DNA of 64,000 nucleotides from Glaucostegus cemiculus (GCA_976551045.1 CDPCPM010000037.1:14942001-15006000); one strand, 5' to 3'; numbered from the stretch's first letter, positions 11,855 to 25,642 are shown. Numbers and translations are program-made. The notes: generated from the letters alone by a model not told the origin.

Positions 11855-12690
11855 CATAGACTCAGAGTTACACAGAAATAGCCCTTCAGCCTACCATACC
11901 CATACCAATCTTTTTGCCCATTAACACATCCCATTTGCCAGCATTAGGACTATAGCCTCTGTGCTTTGCCTATTAACGTGTCTAAATGCTACTTTAGTGT
12001 AGTAATTGTGACCTCCTCTAGCAGCAAATTCCAGATATCAACCAATCTCTATACGTAAAAATCTTTCCCCTTTAAAACTCCTACCTCTCACCTTAAGCCT
12101 CAACCCCCTTGTTTTTGATACCCTTACCACAGGAAAAAAAATTCTATCCTATCTATGACTCTCATAATCTTATACACTTCTGTCAGGACACCCATCAGTT
12201 CCTCAGCTCCAGGGAAAACAAATCCAATCTATACAGAAGTCCTCCAACTCAGGCAATATTGTGGTGAATCTCCTCTGCACTCTTTCCAGCACTACATCCT
12301 TCCTATAGTATAGCAACCAGAACTGCATACAATACTCCATGTGCAACTAACCAGAGTTTTGTCAAGTTGTAACATAAAGTCCCAACTCTTGCATTCTATG
12401 CCTCAACCTATCAAGGCAATTTTCCATATACCTTCTTCATTACCCTATCGACCCATGTTGCCACTTTCAGGGAACTACAGACTTGAAAACCTTTGTCTTC
12501 CTGTTAATCAACATTACTTGGCACCCGACCATCTACTGTAACATGTCCTACCCCTATTTGTCCTCACAAAATGCATCATTGTCAGGATTAACTTCTATCT
12601 GTCAATGCTTCACCATACTTTCCAACTGATCTATATCCCACTGCAGCAGCTCATACAACCATCCTCGCTAACCACAACACCACCAGCCTG
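11855..12690 (-). mobile_element. Old CR1 3' fragment
   Basis: ccagaactgcatacaatactcc (reverse LEYCxQFW-like); CR1-type tail near 11860. Confidence 0.8.
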
Positions 12691-12959
12691 TGTTATTCCA
12701 ACACTCATGCAAGCAGGGATTTGCCACCATGAACAGTGTCTTCACTAGTAGATGCCATTGCTGAGAGCACAAACACAGAACCATAGTTCAAGCTATATTG
12801 CCAGCAGCTGTGCCAGACTTTACAGAATCAGAAGCACAGTGTGTGAACAAATCTCTGAAAGCTGCATCCATCACCTTACGTGGGTGGAAGAATGCCAACC
12901 ATACTTCCAATCACATTTCAGAGAACAAACAAGGGCACTTCAAAAAACTACAATTTTTT

Positions 12960-13290
12960 TGTTGTCCATGTGAAGATGTTGCTGGAAATCTGGGCATTTA
13001 TTGTCCATCTCTAATTTCCCCTGAATTGAGGTAGCAGTAGGAGCAGTCACCCACAGTAGGAGGTCTGGAACACACATGTCAGATCAGGCAGATTTCCTTC
13101 ACTGAAGGACACAAGTGAAACACATGGGTTTTTAATGACAATCTGGTGGTTTCATGGTTACTATAATTGAGACCAGCTTTAATTCCAGATTGATTTAATT
13201 ACTTGGATTTAAATTCCCCAACTGCAATGGTGGGATTCAAACTTGTGCCTCTGGATCAATGGTCCAGAACTTTGGCTGCTGGTCCAGAGT
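12960..13290 (-). mobile_element. Old chondrichthyan SINE-like repeat (related decayed copies near 27780-28000 and 35220-35420 on +)
   Basis: ggcagatttccttcactgaaggaca...ttccagattg...gggattcaaac; reverse-complement similarity to the other copies. Confidence 0.55.
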
Positions 13291-13615
13291 CTTTACAACT
13301 AAGCTAAACTATCATTCCAATTTTCCACTTTCTGTTATTCCTATGTTCCTATGTTACTGAGAATTAACATTTATTCAGGCAGTGCTGTGGGTCACTAAGT
13401 TTGTATTATGACACTAACCATGAGGTCAGGATTACAGCATTATTAATGAAGTGCAAGTGAGCCAAAAGGATTTATTTCACAAATGTAAATGCTCTAGCAA
13501 ACCAGACACCAATGATTTCTTATATTTTAGGATTACGATTATTTTTCAGCATTCCAGCAAAGACACTGCACAGCTTTAACTGCATGCCCGAACTAATTGA
13601 AAAGATATCAATTAC

Positions 13616-13806
13616 CTCTGTATACCAGTGCCGCACATAACAATCTGACAGGCTCCAAGCCGGTTGCAGAGTTCAGAGGATATTGGCAAGACTGCAATTC
13701 CAGAAAGATTACTGTTTGAGTTTGCCACGGATGTTAAATGTTTGGGATTAATGTACAATTCCATGAGCCGCTGCAGTTCCTCTAATGCATTCAGCGGACG
13801 GAGCAA
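13616..13806 (-). CDS. PREX1: PREX1 exon, 191 nt ([11 protein letters not shown]...[21 protein letters not shown]; CX5R-like motif)
   Basis: tcacag acceptor, gtaatt donor, phase 0/2. Confidence 0.97.
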
Positions 13807-14035
13807 CTGTGAATTGAAAAGGAAAACAAGTTTGTAAACATTACCTTTTTACTATGAATTCCACTGTTGTTTATAAAATGCTTTTCCCCTCGTCATTTCC
13901 ACCATCACCACCATTGCCCTCCCCCACTAAAGGCCAAGTTTTGCTGTTGCACAATGGTCTTGACAGGATCAAATAAAGCTTAACATGTTTATTTCATACA
14001 AAACTGAATTAAATAATGATGGTCATATTAAGACA

Positions 14036-14262
14036 CTTATTAGTCACATGTACATTGAAACATACAGTGAAATGCATCTTTTTGCATTACTGAGAACGTG
14101 CTGGGGGCGGCCCACAAGTGCTTCCACTCTTTCGGTGCCAACATAGCACGCCCACAACTTCCCAACCCATACGAGGTAACCAGAGCACCCGGCGGAAACC
14201 CATGCAGACACGGGGAGAACATACAACCTCCTTACAGACAGTGGCAGGAATTGAACCCGGGT
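14036..14262 (-). mobile_element. V-domain tRNA-derived SINE (partial, different 3' body)
   Basis: gagcacccggcggaaacccatgcagacacggggagaac...ggaattgaacccgg (V-domain and B box). Confidence 0.8.
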
Positions 14263-14689
14263 ACAAATGGACAAATTACATTTGTAACATCACACAGAAA
14301 AGACATTCAACAGAATTGGTGTGTGTTCGTATTCATGCTCTGCAAAAACCTCCTCCCAGCTAATCAGTATGTTCATTTACTCATTCCTTTCCCTCTCATG
14401 TTTGCTCTGAGCAACACTGGCTTAGTATTACATAAAATGTGAAATGCAAGCTAAATTTACGTGTTAAGGAACAATTCAATAAAATAAAAAGGAGAGCTAT
14501 GGGCAGTTTGGTACATTTTGTAGAATTAAGAACAACTCATTTCTAAGACAAACTGGAGGATTTACAGACTGGTACATCATATTTGAAAAGGTTAATTAAG
14601 CTGATTGACCATTTAACACAATATTCAAAAGCACACAAGTCATTCAGTTAGCTTTACAACAATCTGCTTACTCTACTGAAGCATCTTAC

Positions 14690-14756
14690 CCTATTTATCT
14701 TTACAGCTGTAGCAGAAGAATCAGAAGGCAAATTTGACCTTTCAAGATAAAAAGCC
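14690..14756 (-). CDS. PREX1: PREX1 exon, 67 nt (AFYLERSNLPSDSSATAVKINR)
   Basis: ttgcag acceptor, gtaaga donor, phase 2/0. Confidence 0.95.
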
Positions 14757-14829
14757 CTGCAAAAAGACCAAAATCTTAGAATTCATTCTGATTATGCAAT
14801 GGAAACACATTTAGAAATGTCTCAATGTA

Positions 14830-15177
14830 GAAGATAAGAGGCACTGATCATGTGGATGGTCAGAGGCTTTTTCCCAGGGCTGAAATGGTTGTCACAAGAA
14901 GACACAGGTTTAAGGTGCTGGGGCGTAGGTACAGAGGAGATGTCAGGGGTAATTTTTTTTTAAACTCAGAGAGTGGTGAGTTCGTGGAATGGGCCACCAC
15001 CGGCTACGGTGGTGGAGGCGGATACAATAGGGTTGTTTAAGAGACTTTTGGATAGGTACATGGAACTTAGTAAAATAGAGGGCTATGGGTAAACCTAGTA
15101 ATTTCTAAGGTAGGGACATGTTTGGCACAACTGTGGGCCAAAGGGCCTGTATTGTGCTGTAGGTTTTCTATGTTCTA
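14830..15177 (+). mobile_element. 5'-truncated CR1 3' end
   Basis: LFPRAE..TRRHRFKV; tail gggccaaagggcctgtattgtgctgta...ttctatgttcta. Confidence 0.88.
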
Positions 15178-15790
15178 ACTTTCCATGTAATTGCAATATT
15201 AAATTTGCTTCAGATCTAAAACTAGTACTAGAGTCATCAACATGGTTTTCCTTTCCTCTCTTCTAGGGAATTATTGTTCTTTTGAAGATGAAGGATGTCA
15301 GTGGCAGTGATGTTTTCTAAAAACAAAATAAAGTTTCTCTTAACTCTATCCTAGCAAATATTAACACCCACTATGAATCCAACTCCTGCTGCACAATTTT
15401 GTTTATTAAATAAACTGTTCCCAAAATTCACCTATTGAGATTGGAATTCAACCTCAAGTTAGGACTGGGCCAGCATATAGGCCGGGTGTACAACAGTAAA
15501 CCACCCATTACCAAGTACCAATTGCAAGCACTTGGAATATGTTTATTATTTAATTGCAAAATAACATTTTTATTTTAAAGTGCAAAGTAATATCCATTCA
15601 ACATAGATTCTTTAGAAATCTTGATGTACATAGCATTAACAAATACACCAAATGTCAATCAAGTTACACACACCTAATCTGTTCACCTTTTGATCCTGAC
15701 TAGAGATTTAATTAGAATACTTTCACATGAGTTGATCTTCCAGAAGGTAAATTTGTTTTTATTTCAAATCTTACTAAGTAACAAGCTTAC

Positions 15791-15896
15791 CTGAGTTTTC
15801 GATGATAATATTTAACTTTATCAAGGGATGCTGAATTGATCTGCTGTTGAAATTCTTCTGCAGCCATATTTTCTGGATAACATTGACCTTCAAGAG
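15791..15896 (-). CDS. PREX1: PREX1 exon, 106 nt ([34 protein letters not shown])
   Basis: ctttag acceptor, gtaagc donor, phase 1/2. Confidence 0.94.
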
Positions 15897-16518
15897 CTAA
15901 AGAACAATATTAGAAAATAAAATTGAAAATTATAAAGAAAACCTTGGTCCAGCTTTGCTATGACTGGTTAAAATAAAGCCAACACACAAAACTACTGATT
16001 CTGAACAACAATTGAGTCTTTCAGGAATAGGAGTAAAGAGTATCTATTCAACATACAGTTCACTAGATAATTTAGTTGAATCACAAGAATGGAAGTTGTC
16101 GGATCGTTTTTTCTTTAATTCTCATTAGATTAATTTGGACTGTGTCACCATCAAAAATGCATTTTGTTACAAAGCACCACTTTGACCTAAACATATTATG
16201 AACAGTAATCAGGAAACAGGTCAATTAAGTGAAAAAGACTTTATATACAGTACAAGCTTATATCGTAGCTTAAAGGAAATGGCTTACAGGGAAGTACCTA
16301 CAAGAGCTGTGACTCCTTTTGAGTCCAACTGTTGTTTAGAGAAAAACATACCAATAAAAAATTCCAATTATTTAAAGCAACCCTTGCAAATTGTCATTTA
16401 AGATAATCCAGAATTTCTGGGATTTTTTTAATATATACATACACATCATTGAGATGGCAGCAGTGATTCTGATATGCTCAAAAGGAAAACTGCAATATTA
16501 ATAGGTAAATTATAATAC

Positions 16519-16662
16519 CTTGAGTGAAAAGTACTGTGTGCAGCTTTAAACTACCACCATTCTGAAACTTGGAAGGCAACTCTGCAAAGTTATGACTATC
16601 AAGGTAGAAAATAACTTTCAACGCTTGCCGGCTTCCATCCACCTGATAAGTGACAGAGCTGT
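16519..16662 (-). CDS. PREX1: PREX1 exon, 144 nt (SSVTYQVDGSRQALKVIFYLDS...VLFTQ)
   Basis: ttgcag acceptor, gtatta donor, phase 1/1. Confidence 0.96.
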
Positions 16663-19152
16663 CTGCAAAAATAAAATCAAGACCATCAGTTTCGAAATAT
16701 TTTGATATCACATGCCAAAGACTGATTACATGCCTTGTCTCTATACACAAGGATGGGGAGGTGGGGGGGTGGGGGGTGGGTGCAGGATTTATTCCTAAGC
16801 AATTGTTCAGAAGGAAAATCAGCGTGAAGAATAACTTGTCGTTTAAGGTTCAAATACTCAATAATCACAAATGCCTGGTGATCCTTAAAAATCCCTACAT
16901 ATCCACACCCTTTAAAAACTCAGGTCCACCTTAAAGGCTTCAGTTCATTTCAACAAAGAACAATAAAAATAAAAATATATATTCGTCCAAGTCAAGGAAA
17001 GAGAGAAACATGAAAATCAATGAGCAGAAGCTGTGACTAAGAAATTTAATAACAAGAATCTGCTATTTCAATCTGGAGAGCAGGTGAACAGAGATCACAA
17101 ATTCAGAAAGACATTTGGTTTAGTTTGCCCATCTCCCAGCTTTTTAAAGAGCATTTCAAATTAGTCCCCCTCCCCTGTCTGTTCTTTCTCTATAATCCTG
17201 TGATTTTTCATCTTCAAATACTTATCAGATTCCCCGTGGAAAGGTATTGAATCCACCACCTATTCAGGCAATTTATTCCATATAATGAAGCTATTATAAA
17301 AGAGCTTCTCATCTTTTCTCCAGTTCTTTTGTCACTCACAACTGCAGACTGAGAAATCTGGCAACTGGATTGCAAAATACTTCACACTGAAGGCAAGTCC
17401 TTACAAGCCTCTTCTAACGTCATTGAGGCTCCAAATGTGATTGCTAAGACAACAAAGGATCCTTGGATTGACCTTAGACTGGAGTCCTCTGCATCAACAG
17501 CAGCATGTAGCTGCTGGAATGCAGATGACATTTTTCGTTACATCAGGAATGGGTCAGGACCAGAATGTGGGTAAAGAGAATTGAGGGCCGTGAATTTAAT
17601 AGCACAAAAAGTGGCCATTCAATGCAATACACAAATAATAGGTCAATTTAAAGTCACCATACTATATTAAAACATTCATCTATCTGGTTAAACCATAGGC
17701 TGAAAACATTAATCATGTAGTAAAGGACTGTGCCCAGATGGAGGAAAAACCTCAAGGTATTTCACAAAAAACAATAATTTTTGAGGATAACAGAAAAAAA
17801 AGAAATATTTTATCCAGACAGAGTTTATATTCAATTGTTCTGGCTTTGATAGAAGCACTTGATCTGAAGATTTTGATTTTTTTTTTTAAAAAGGGCATGG
17901 TTAAAATTACATACAGTGCATATAGTCAGAAGTTAATAGCGAAGTCCAGGTGAGAGACTGAAGAAAATAAATGTGTACTTGAGATGTCAGATTTCTCTGA
18001 ACCAGACAATTGGGTTGGAGGATTGGAAGGGACTTTATTTAAATGAGAATACTCAGAGAATATGTGGGAAGTATCCCTTGTAGATGGACATTATCAAATC
18101 CTTTAAATATTTAAAAAGGTGATCTGCCCTAAATAACATTACTCCTCCTATTTGGAAAGTCCAGCACAACACACTCTAGGAACATATGGAAAATTTAAAA
18201 TGTAGAATAATGTAACAGATATAAAATTACAGCTTAAAAACTTATTTACTAAAGTTACAAGTTTTACATTTTGACTTTAACCATGCCAGTCCTATTGCTA
18301 TTTTTTCACTTCTGGAAGCATTGAGGTCACATTTCACAACTGTACACATAAGCTTTTGACATGACAATACAAGCCATGTAAATTACAAGGCCTCAGCCAA
18401 AGCTGAGCAATCTCATTGCGGGAACATGTAACAGACAACTTCTACAGGTCAGATAAATTTTAAATCTGTTTAAATACACACCAAAAAAATTCAGCTAATA
18501 AACTCATCTTGCTTAAGGCTCAAGCAATGTACATACAAGCATAACATATCCTGAACAAATCAAACCAACTCACGAGCTTGCTTCATGATTGAAAACTCAA
18601 CAAACTTCCAAAAGTTAAGAACCTCTAAAAGTTTAATGTAATTTTCTTCTTAAAAATGCACACCAACCTAAAATATCTGGGGCTCCTCACAATAAGCAAT
18701 GCAGAGGCATCTAATTAGTGCCTCACCTGATGTTGCTGATGCAGATCAGGGTGTCTTTCATGATGATTTTCTGTCCCAATAGGGAACCATCTTGGCCCAT
18801 CCATTAATTTACAATAAGATTGCATCTCAATAGTTTCTGCTATTCCCCTACCCTAACATCCTCACACAGTTAGTTCTTTGGGATCTTTCCTAATTCCAAC
18901 TACTATATCCATTTCCCAGTGATCCTCCTGTTAAAATCAAGTACTTTCAACTTGCAAACAGCAGTTTAGATATAGTCTATACTTCTCCCTCCCCTAAATT
19001 AAGCACTTCAAGGGACAGGCAGTTCAGCTTCAAGAAAATGTTCTTGTAACCAAAACCTCCCCATAGGTACTATTGCAATTCTTCACTTTCCTTTGAAAGT
19101 AATCACCATAAACTCATGTAGCTCATGTAGCCCAGATGTATGAACTACTTAC

Positions 19153-19255
19153 TTGCTACTGGGTATTCCTGCTCCAGATGTCTAAAATGGAATGTTACAT
19201 TGTCCAGATCAGACAGAGCGACCTTGGTGTCTTCCAACATGATGCGTTCTTCTTT
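19153..19255 (-). CDS. PREX1: PREX1 exon, 103 nt (KEERIMLEDTKVALSDLDNVTFHF...PVA)
   Basis: gcacag acceptor, gtaagt donor, phase 0/1. Confidence 0.95.
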
Positions 19256-19554
19256 CTGTGCAGAATGAAAATGGCAATCATTAGTTTACAAAATCCAGAC
19301 ACCAGAAGCAAAAAAAGAACCCAACTGTGCAAATGGACTGTATATCAACCAACTACTTCAACCTACATCAGTACTGTACATTAATTTCTTTTAACATAAT
19401 TTAGATAAAACATTTATCCTTTATATAGGGCATCAGGACATAAAGGGATATTAAGATAATTCACAAGGTAATGGGTGGGTGGTTTGCAAGGAAGAAGGTA
19501 GTGAAAGAACCTTGTGTTCTAAGTATTCTGTTCTTACTTTCAACCTATCAATCA

Positions 19555-21833
19555 CATTAGGAACCAGTCATCACAATATGATTGAATTTGGAGTCAAATT
19601 TGAAAAGGAGAGGCTCATAACTAGTGCACATATATGGCAATGGAACAAGGGAAACTACAGCAGTATGAGAGAGGTTCTGTCTCAAATCGATTGGAAGAGT
19701 AAGCTAGCAGGTGGGACGGTGGAGCAGAAATGGATAAAGTTTTTACACGAAATAAGGAAGGTGCAGGATAGGTAAGTTCCAAGAAAAAAGAAAGTTCTGA
19801 ATGGAAAAAAGGCACATATGTGGGTAACGAGAGAGGTTAAGGCTAAGATAAGAGCAAAAGGGAGGGTCTACAAGGTAGCAAAAATAAGTGGGGAAACTGA
19901 GGATTGGGAAACATTTAAAAACTGCAGAAAGAAGCTAAGAAGGTCATTAGGAAAGAAAAGATGAATTACGAAAGGAAATTGGCAGATAATATTCAAACAG
20001 ATACTAAAAGTTTTTTTAAATATATGAGGTGTAAGAGAGAGACAAGGGTTGATATAGGACCAATTGAAAATGGTGTGGGAGATATTATAATAGAAGATAC
20101 AGAGATGGCAGAGGAACTAAATAAGTATTTTGCATCGGTCTTCACTGTGGAAGATACCAGCAATATACCAGATAGACAGGGGTTCCAGGGGATTGAACTG
20201 AGTACAGTTGAGATTACTAGGGAGAAGGTGCTAAGGAAGCTAAGTGGATTAAAGACAGATAAGTCACCCAGACCGGATGAGGTGCACCCTCGGTTTCTGA
20301 AGGAGGTGGCTTTAGAGATTGTAGAGGCATTAGTGATTATTTTCCAAGAGTCAATGGATCCGGCATGGTTCCGGAGGACTGGAGAGTAGCGAACGTAGTT
20401 CCACTGTATAAAAAAGGTGGGAGGCAGCATAAAGGTAATTACAGACCAATTAGTTTGACGTCAGTAGTGGGAAAGATACTGAAATCGATCCTCAAGGATG
20501 AGGTTACAGAATACCTGGTGTTTCAAGACAGGATAGGTCCAATCCAGCATGGTTTCATAAAGGGAAGATCTTGCCTGACCAACCTATTGGAGTTTTTTTG
20601 AGGAAATCACAGGTAGGGTGGATAAGGGAGAGGCAGTGGACGTTGTGTATTTAGACTTTCAAAAGGCCTTCGACAAGGTGCCGCATCAGAGGTTGATTAA
20701 TAAGATGAGTACGCATGGAATTACAGGAAAGATATTAAAATGGGTCGAGCATTGGCTGGTAGGCAGAAAGCAACGGGTAGGAATAAAGGGATCCTGTTCT
20801 GGATGGCGACCAGTTACCAGTGGTGTCCCGCAAGGGTCGGTGTTGGGCCCGCTACTTTTCACTTTATATATTAACGATTTGGATGATGGAGTAAATGGTT
20901 TTGTAGCTAAGTTTGCGGATGACACCAAGATTGGCAGTGGAGCAGGGAGTATAGAAGAGGCAGGAAGGCTGCAGAGAGACTTGGATAGGTTAAGTGAATG
21001 GGCAAAGAAATGGCAGATGAAATTCAATGTTGACAAATGTGCTGTAGTACACTTTGGCAAAAGAAATGAACGGGCAGATTATTATCTAGATGGGGAGAAA
21101 ATTGGAAGTACGGAAGTACAAAGGGACTGGGGATACTCGTGCAGGACACCCTAAAAGTCAACCACCAGGTCGGATTGATGATAAAGAAAGCGAATGCTAT
21201 GTTGGCGTTCATTTCGCGAGGTATAGTGTATAGAAGTAGGGAAGTGACGATGAGGCTCTATGGAGCACTGGTACATCCTCATTTGGAATACTGTGTGCAG
21301 TTTTGGGCCCCACACCTTAGAAGGGATGTGCTGATGTTGGAGAGGGTCCAGAGGAGGTTTACAAGGATGATTCCTGGTATGAAAGGGCTTACCTATGATG
21401 AGCGTTTATCGGCTCTTGGACTGTACTCGTTGGAGTACAGAAGAATGAGGGGGGACCTCATAGAAGTATTTAGAATGTTTAAGGGAATGGATAGAGTGGA
21501 TGTGGAAAGGCTGTTTCCCTTGGTGGGTGAGTCCAAGACTAGAGGGCACAGACTTAGAATCAGAGGGAACCAGTTTAAAACAGAGATGAGGAGAAATTAC
21601 TTTAGTCAGAGGGTGATGGAATTGTGGAATTCTCTGCCACATACAGCTGTAGAGGCTCAGTCAGTGGGGGCATTTAAAGGGGAGTTGGATAGGTACCTAA
21701 TTAATCAAGGTATCAAGGGATATGGGGATAAGGCTGGAAATTGGGGATAGATATGTTATCTTTTCTTTTCTCATGGAGCAGACTCGAAGGGCTGAATGGC
21801 CTACTTCTGCTCCCTTGTCTTGTGATCTTGTGA
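19555..21833 (+). mobile_element. Young 5'-truncated CR1 LINE (ORF2 RT region, about 2.3 kb)
   Basis: NYRPISLTS, QHGF..GRSCLTNL, YLDFQKAFDKV, GVPQGSVLGP, FADDTK, LEYCVQFW; few frameshifts; (tcttgtga)2 tail. Confidence 0.97.
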
Positions 21834-22352
21834 TTTTTCAGTGAGGATTTAAAACTTGTTGTAGCTTATATTTACCTTTTGCCCATTAGGAAATTCTTTG
21901 AAACCTAAAAGCCTTAGAACACTTCAAGAAAAAATAGCCAACAGGGATCCCACTAAGTCAAGCAAGCCAGAAGCAGTGTTTCAGGGGTATTAACTGAATG
22001 TTCTAAATAAAAGTCAAAAAGAACAATTTTCATGTTGAAAGTACGAACAAGAGATTCCCAGTTTCACTAATTTTATTAGAATAGTGAAGGTTGGTACCAG
22101 AAATGAGGGGAAATTTGATCACTAAAATGAAAGAAAACAGGAATTTCAGCCATTACATATCTAAAGACAAAGTGCAACTGAAAATTCAAATTCTTATTTG
22201 AAATATCAACTTGAAAAAAATCACAAATTTTACAAGTTTTCAATTCCCAATGCAGAAAATGGAAGCCACAAAAATCAATGAAAATTGTTATGGAGCATGT
22301 CATATAAAAATATGCACACAAAATGGTGGTCTGCGATCTTTCAGTTACTTAC

Positions 22353-22570
22353 CACAGTGAGGGAAAGCAAAGATTGAAAGTTGAGAAGGACACCAGTAAC
22401 AGCTATCTGCTCAAGCCACTTCTTACTGGCCTCTTTGCTCTCCTCTTCATATTCTCCATTGTTGTTATATCGGTGATTCAAAGCAGCCAATAGCTGTTCA
22501 GAAAAGCTACAGATGGCTGCTACAAGGCTTTGACAAAAGAGGACATCCCGCCGTAATTGCAAATCCAGGT
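22353..22570 (-). CDS. PREX1: PREX1 exon, 218 nt ([18 protein letters not shown]...YNNNGEYEE...FQSLLSLTV)
   Basis: ctacag acceptor, gtaagt donor, phase 1/0. Confidence 0.97.
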
Positions 22571-23936
22571 CTGTAGAGAAAATTAACGGAATGAGGAAAC
22601 GTAATCAAGATTAGTGTTGCAGTTTTCCAGTTATATACATTTTTTTTTTAATGTTTTTATCGAGTTCTTTTGGCTCCAAAGAATCTAACATAAATTCAAC
22701 TGAAATTATTAGTAGGTGGGCATACAATCTCAACTGTGTACTATATAACCAAGGAACAGCTGTTTTCCTAAGTAATTAAGCCTATAGGGCTCCAGAAATT
22801 GCTGTTGAAGCTATCAATATTAAGGGAAATTCAGCAAGCTTGAATGAATAGCTAGAGGGATAGTTGAGGAACATTTGTTTATAAGGAGGCTTGGAAATTT
22901 TGCAAAACGTATATACAGTTTTTGCCACAAATTTTTTGGAAATAGACGAGGCAAATAATCGCTACTCCTACTAAATCATGAAAAGCACACTCTTTTCCTA
23001 TTTAAAAAAGTGGAGACTTCTAAGTAGTGGAGAAGTATAATGCAACCTCACCTTAACAAAACAAATAAACTAAAGAGTACTCTAAATTATCCAAATAAAA
23101 TGTTACAAATTGTTTATGAAAGATTTATACATGTACATCCTTTCTACTTATAGGAACCTTGTTTTGTGGAAGAATGTTCTGTGACAGAACTAGGAATGTA
23201 CTCACTATCTTGTATAACAATCATGATGCATTCATGATCAGGGCAGGCTTATGCAAGGAGAATCATTTAATGGTATGTTCCAGAATTTGTGGATGGCACA
23301 AAATTGTATACAATAAATTGTTCTAAAAGTTAACATTAATAGCAATTCTTCTAAATACATAATATCCATTAATTTGCTGTTTGTTGATAAGCGATGCTTA
23401 ATTTGATATAATACACAGAATTTAAACAGAAGAGGAAGGAAACTCTGTCACCTCAGTAAAGATACTTTACTGAAACTAGAAAAGCAGTTGATATCAACCA
23501 GGAAGGTTATAATTAATAACTAATTTGGCAGGTCAGCTGGAATGCATGACAATTGTTCCAGTTTGGTAATGTGACATTACTACAAAATACAATTAAATTT
23601 TATTAACTTGTAAAATAGTTCCTTTCGGAGCACTCCCCTACAGGATAATGCTTCATATTGGAGTTGTCATGTTGCTTTGATTTACAATGAACTATAATCT
23701 GAAAGTTATAATGTAATTAGCAACTTATTGTACATGGAGCACAACCAAATACACATTATTGCATTAGACTGGTCTATTATTCTAACTTTAAAATCCAGGG
23801 TTCTTTTGAAAACGGTCCTTGCTGCAGAAAGGGACTAAACCAAAGTAAAACAAAATCTTATTTGCCACCCCTGGCCTTTCACCTGCACCAGATGTCTATC
23901 TGGTTTACCATAATTGCTGAATATAGCATACCTTAC

Positions 23937-23978
23937 CTGTGCAATGAAGTAGAGCTAAAAGTAATTGATTCTTTCCAT
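23937..23978 (-). CDS. PREX1: PREX1 exon, 42 nt (GKNQLLLALLHCT)
   Basis: ccacag acceptor, gtaagg donor, phase 1/1. Confidence 0.95.
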
Positions 23979-24239
23979 CTGTGGAAAGAATTATATAAAG
24001 GTTATTGAAATATCAATATTTATACATCCTGAAAATTAGTTTTTAAATGTAATATTTATTCAAACAATATTAGAACAGTTTTTTTATGGTCTTTTTCCTA
24101 TTTACACAGAGCAACAAACACATGTTTGAACAAAAAGAACTGTGCAAATATTAAAGCACTCAAACATGATGTTTCGAGTTACTGAATTACAACTTTTTGA
24201 CAGGTGAAAAGTAAAATAAGGTAATTAAGTCCTCAGAAA

Positions 24240-24530
24240 ACCAACTTCATTGCTGTAGAGGCCAAGCCTCTCAGACTGAAGTGTCTGGAAGTCTCTAAAT
24301 GAGCAATCTTCACTGGAGACAGCAGGGAGAAATCTCTTCATACAGAGGTTTGGAATTCTTTTGGAATTCTCCTGCTGAGGACTATAGATATCCACTCAAG
24401 TACATTTGAGGCAGAGGTGAATAGATCTTTCAACATACTGGGGATCAAAAGATAATGTGATTCGGGGGTGGGTTGGGGGAATGGATCAACCATAGTCATG
24501 CTGAATGATGCAGCTATGGCTCACTCAAGC
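24240..24530 (+). mobile_element. Old CR1 3' fragment
   Basis: gggagaaatctcttcatacagaggtttggaattc and CR1-like tail. Confidence 0.6.
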
Positions 24531-25277
24531 ATCTTTTTTCCATTGCTATTATTTCAGCGGACATGAGCTAAAGTATAGTTAAATGAAAGTGGACATTTAC
24601 TTGTCTATCAATTGTCATAGTTGTTGCAATTATGACTTTTAAATGCTCATGAGCTAGTAAAGAAAGCTAGTGACCTAACGAATATTTGAGCAATGTTTTT
24701 GCTGCAACAATTATTCACCAGTTCATAAAGAATGCATGTAGCTGTAAACTACACAATATAGAAACAGATAATTTTATTTTTAAGTGGAAAGAGATTGTAA
24801 GATATTGATGCCTGGAGGGATCTGGGTATCCTTGTACACAAATCACTGAAAGTTAACAGCAGGCAGTTAGAAAGACAAATGGAACGTTGACTGTTATTGT
24901 GAGAGGATTTGTGGACAAGAATAGAGATAAATTGCTCCAAATATACAGGGGCCTGGTGAGACTGCATCTGAAATAATTTGCACAGATTTGGTCACCCAAC
25001 CAAGGGATAGACATGCTTGTAATAGTGGCACTCCAGTGACCGTTCAACTCAACCAACTTCTGGGAAAACAACTTTGTCGTACGAGGAGAGATTCAGCAGA
25101 TTGGATCTATGCGCCCTTAAGTTTAAGGACACGAGTAGTGATTTCATTGAAATGCACAAAATTCTTGCGAACTTTGTCAGGATTGGTGCATGGATGACAT
25201 CATGGAGTGTCTAAAACCAGGAGCTGAAGTCTCAAAATAAGGGGTCAGCAATTCACAACAGATGAAATAAAAATCTT

Positions 25278-25540
25278 TAAATTTTATTATTTTTTTTATT
25301 TTATTTACAGCGTGGTAACAGGCCCTTTAGAGGCCCAATGAGTCCACGCCGCCCATTTTAACCCCCAAATTAACCTACCCGTACGTATTTTTACAATGTG
25401 GAAGGAAACCGGAGCACCCAGAGGAAACCCACGCAGACACGGGAGAACGTACAAATTCCTTACAGTCAGCGACGGGAATCGAACCCCGACCTCTGGCGCT
25501 GTAACAGCGTCGCGCTAACCGCTACGCTATCGTGCCGCCC
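25278..25540 (-). mobile_element. Young V-SINE (HE1-like tRNA-derived), full length, TSD aatctt
   Basis: A box TAGCGTAGCGG, B box GGTTCGATTCCC, V-domain, A-rich tail; aatctt at 25272-25277 and 25541-25546. Confidence 0.93.
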
Positions 25541-25642
25541 AATCTTCCCAAGCAAATGGTGTATCTTTGGAATTCCCCATCTAAGAGGGCTGTGGAAGCT
25601 CACCAAGTATACTTAGAGATTAATAGATTTTTTAGGATTATG

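Noticed and set aside
19993-21642. Minus-strand ORFs over CR1 copies (also 25826-26155, 51221-51604)
   Set aside because: Antisense shadows of CR1 ORF2
25440-25540. tRNA-like A/B boxes as a tRNA gene
   Set aside because: Head of a tRNA-derived SINE followed by V-domain and LINE-type tail
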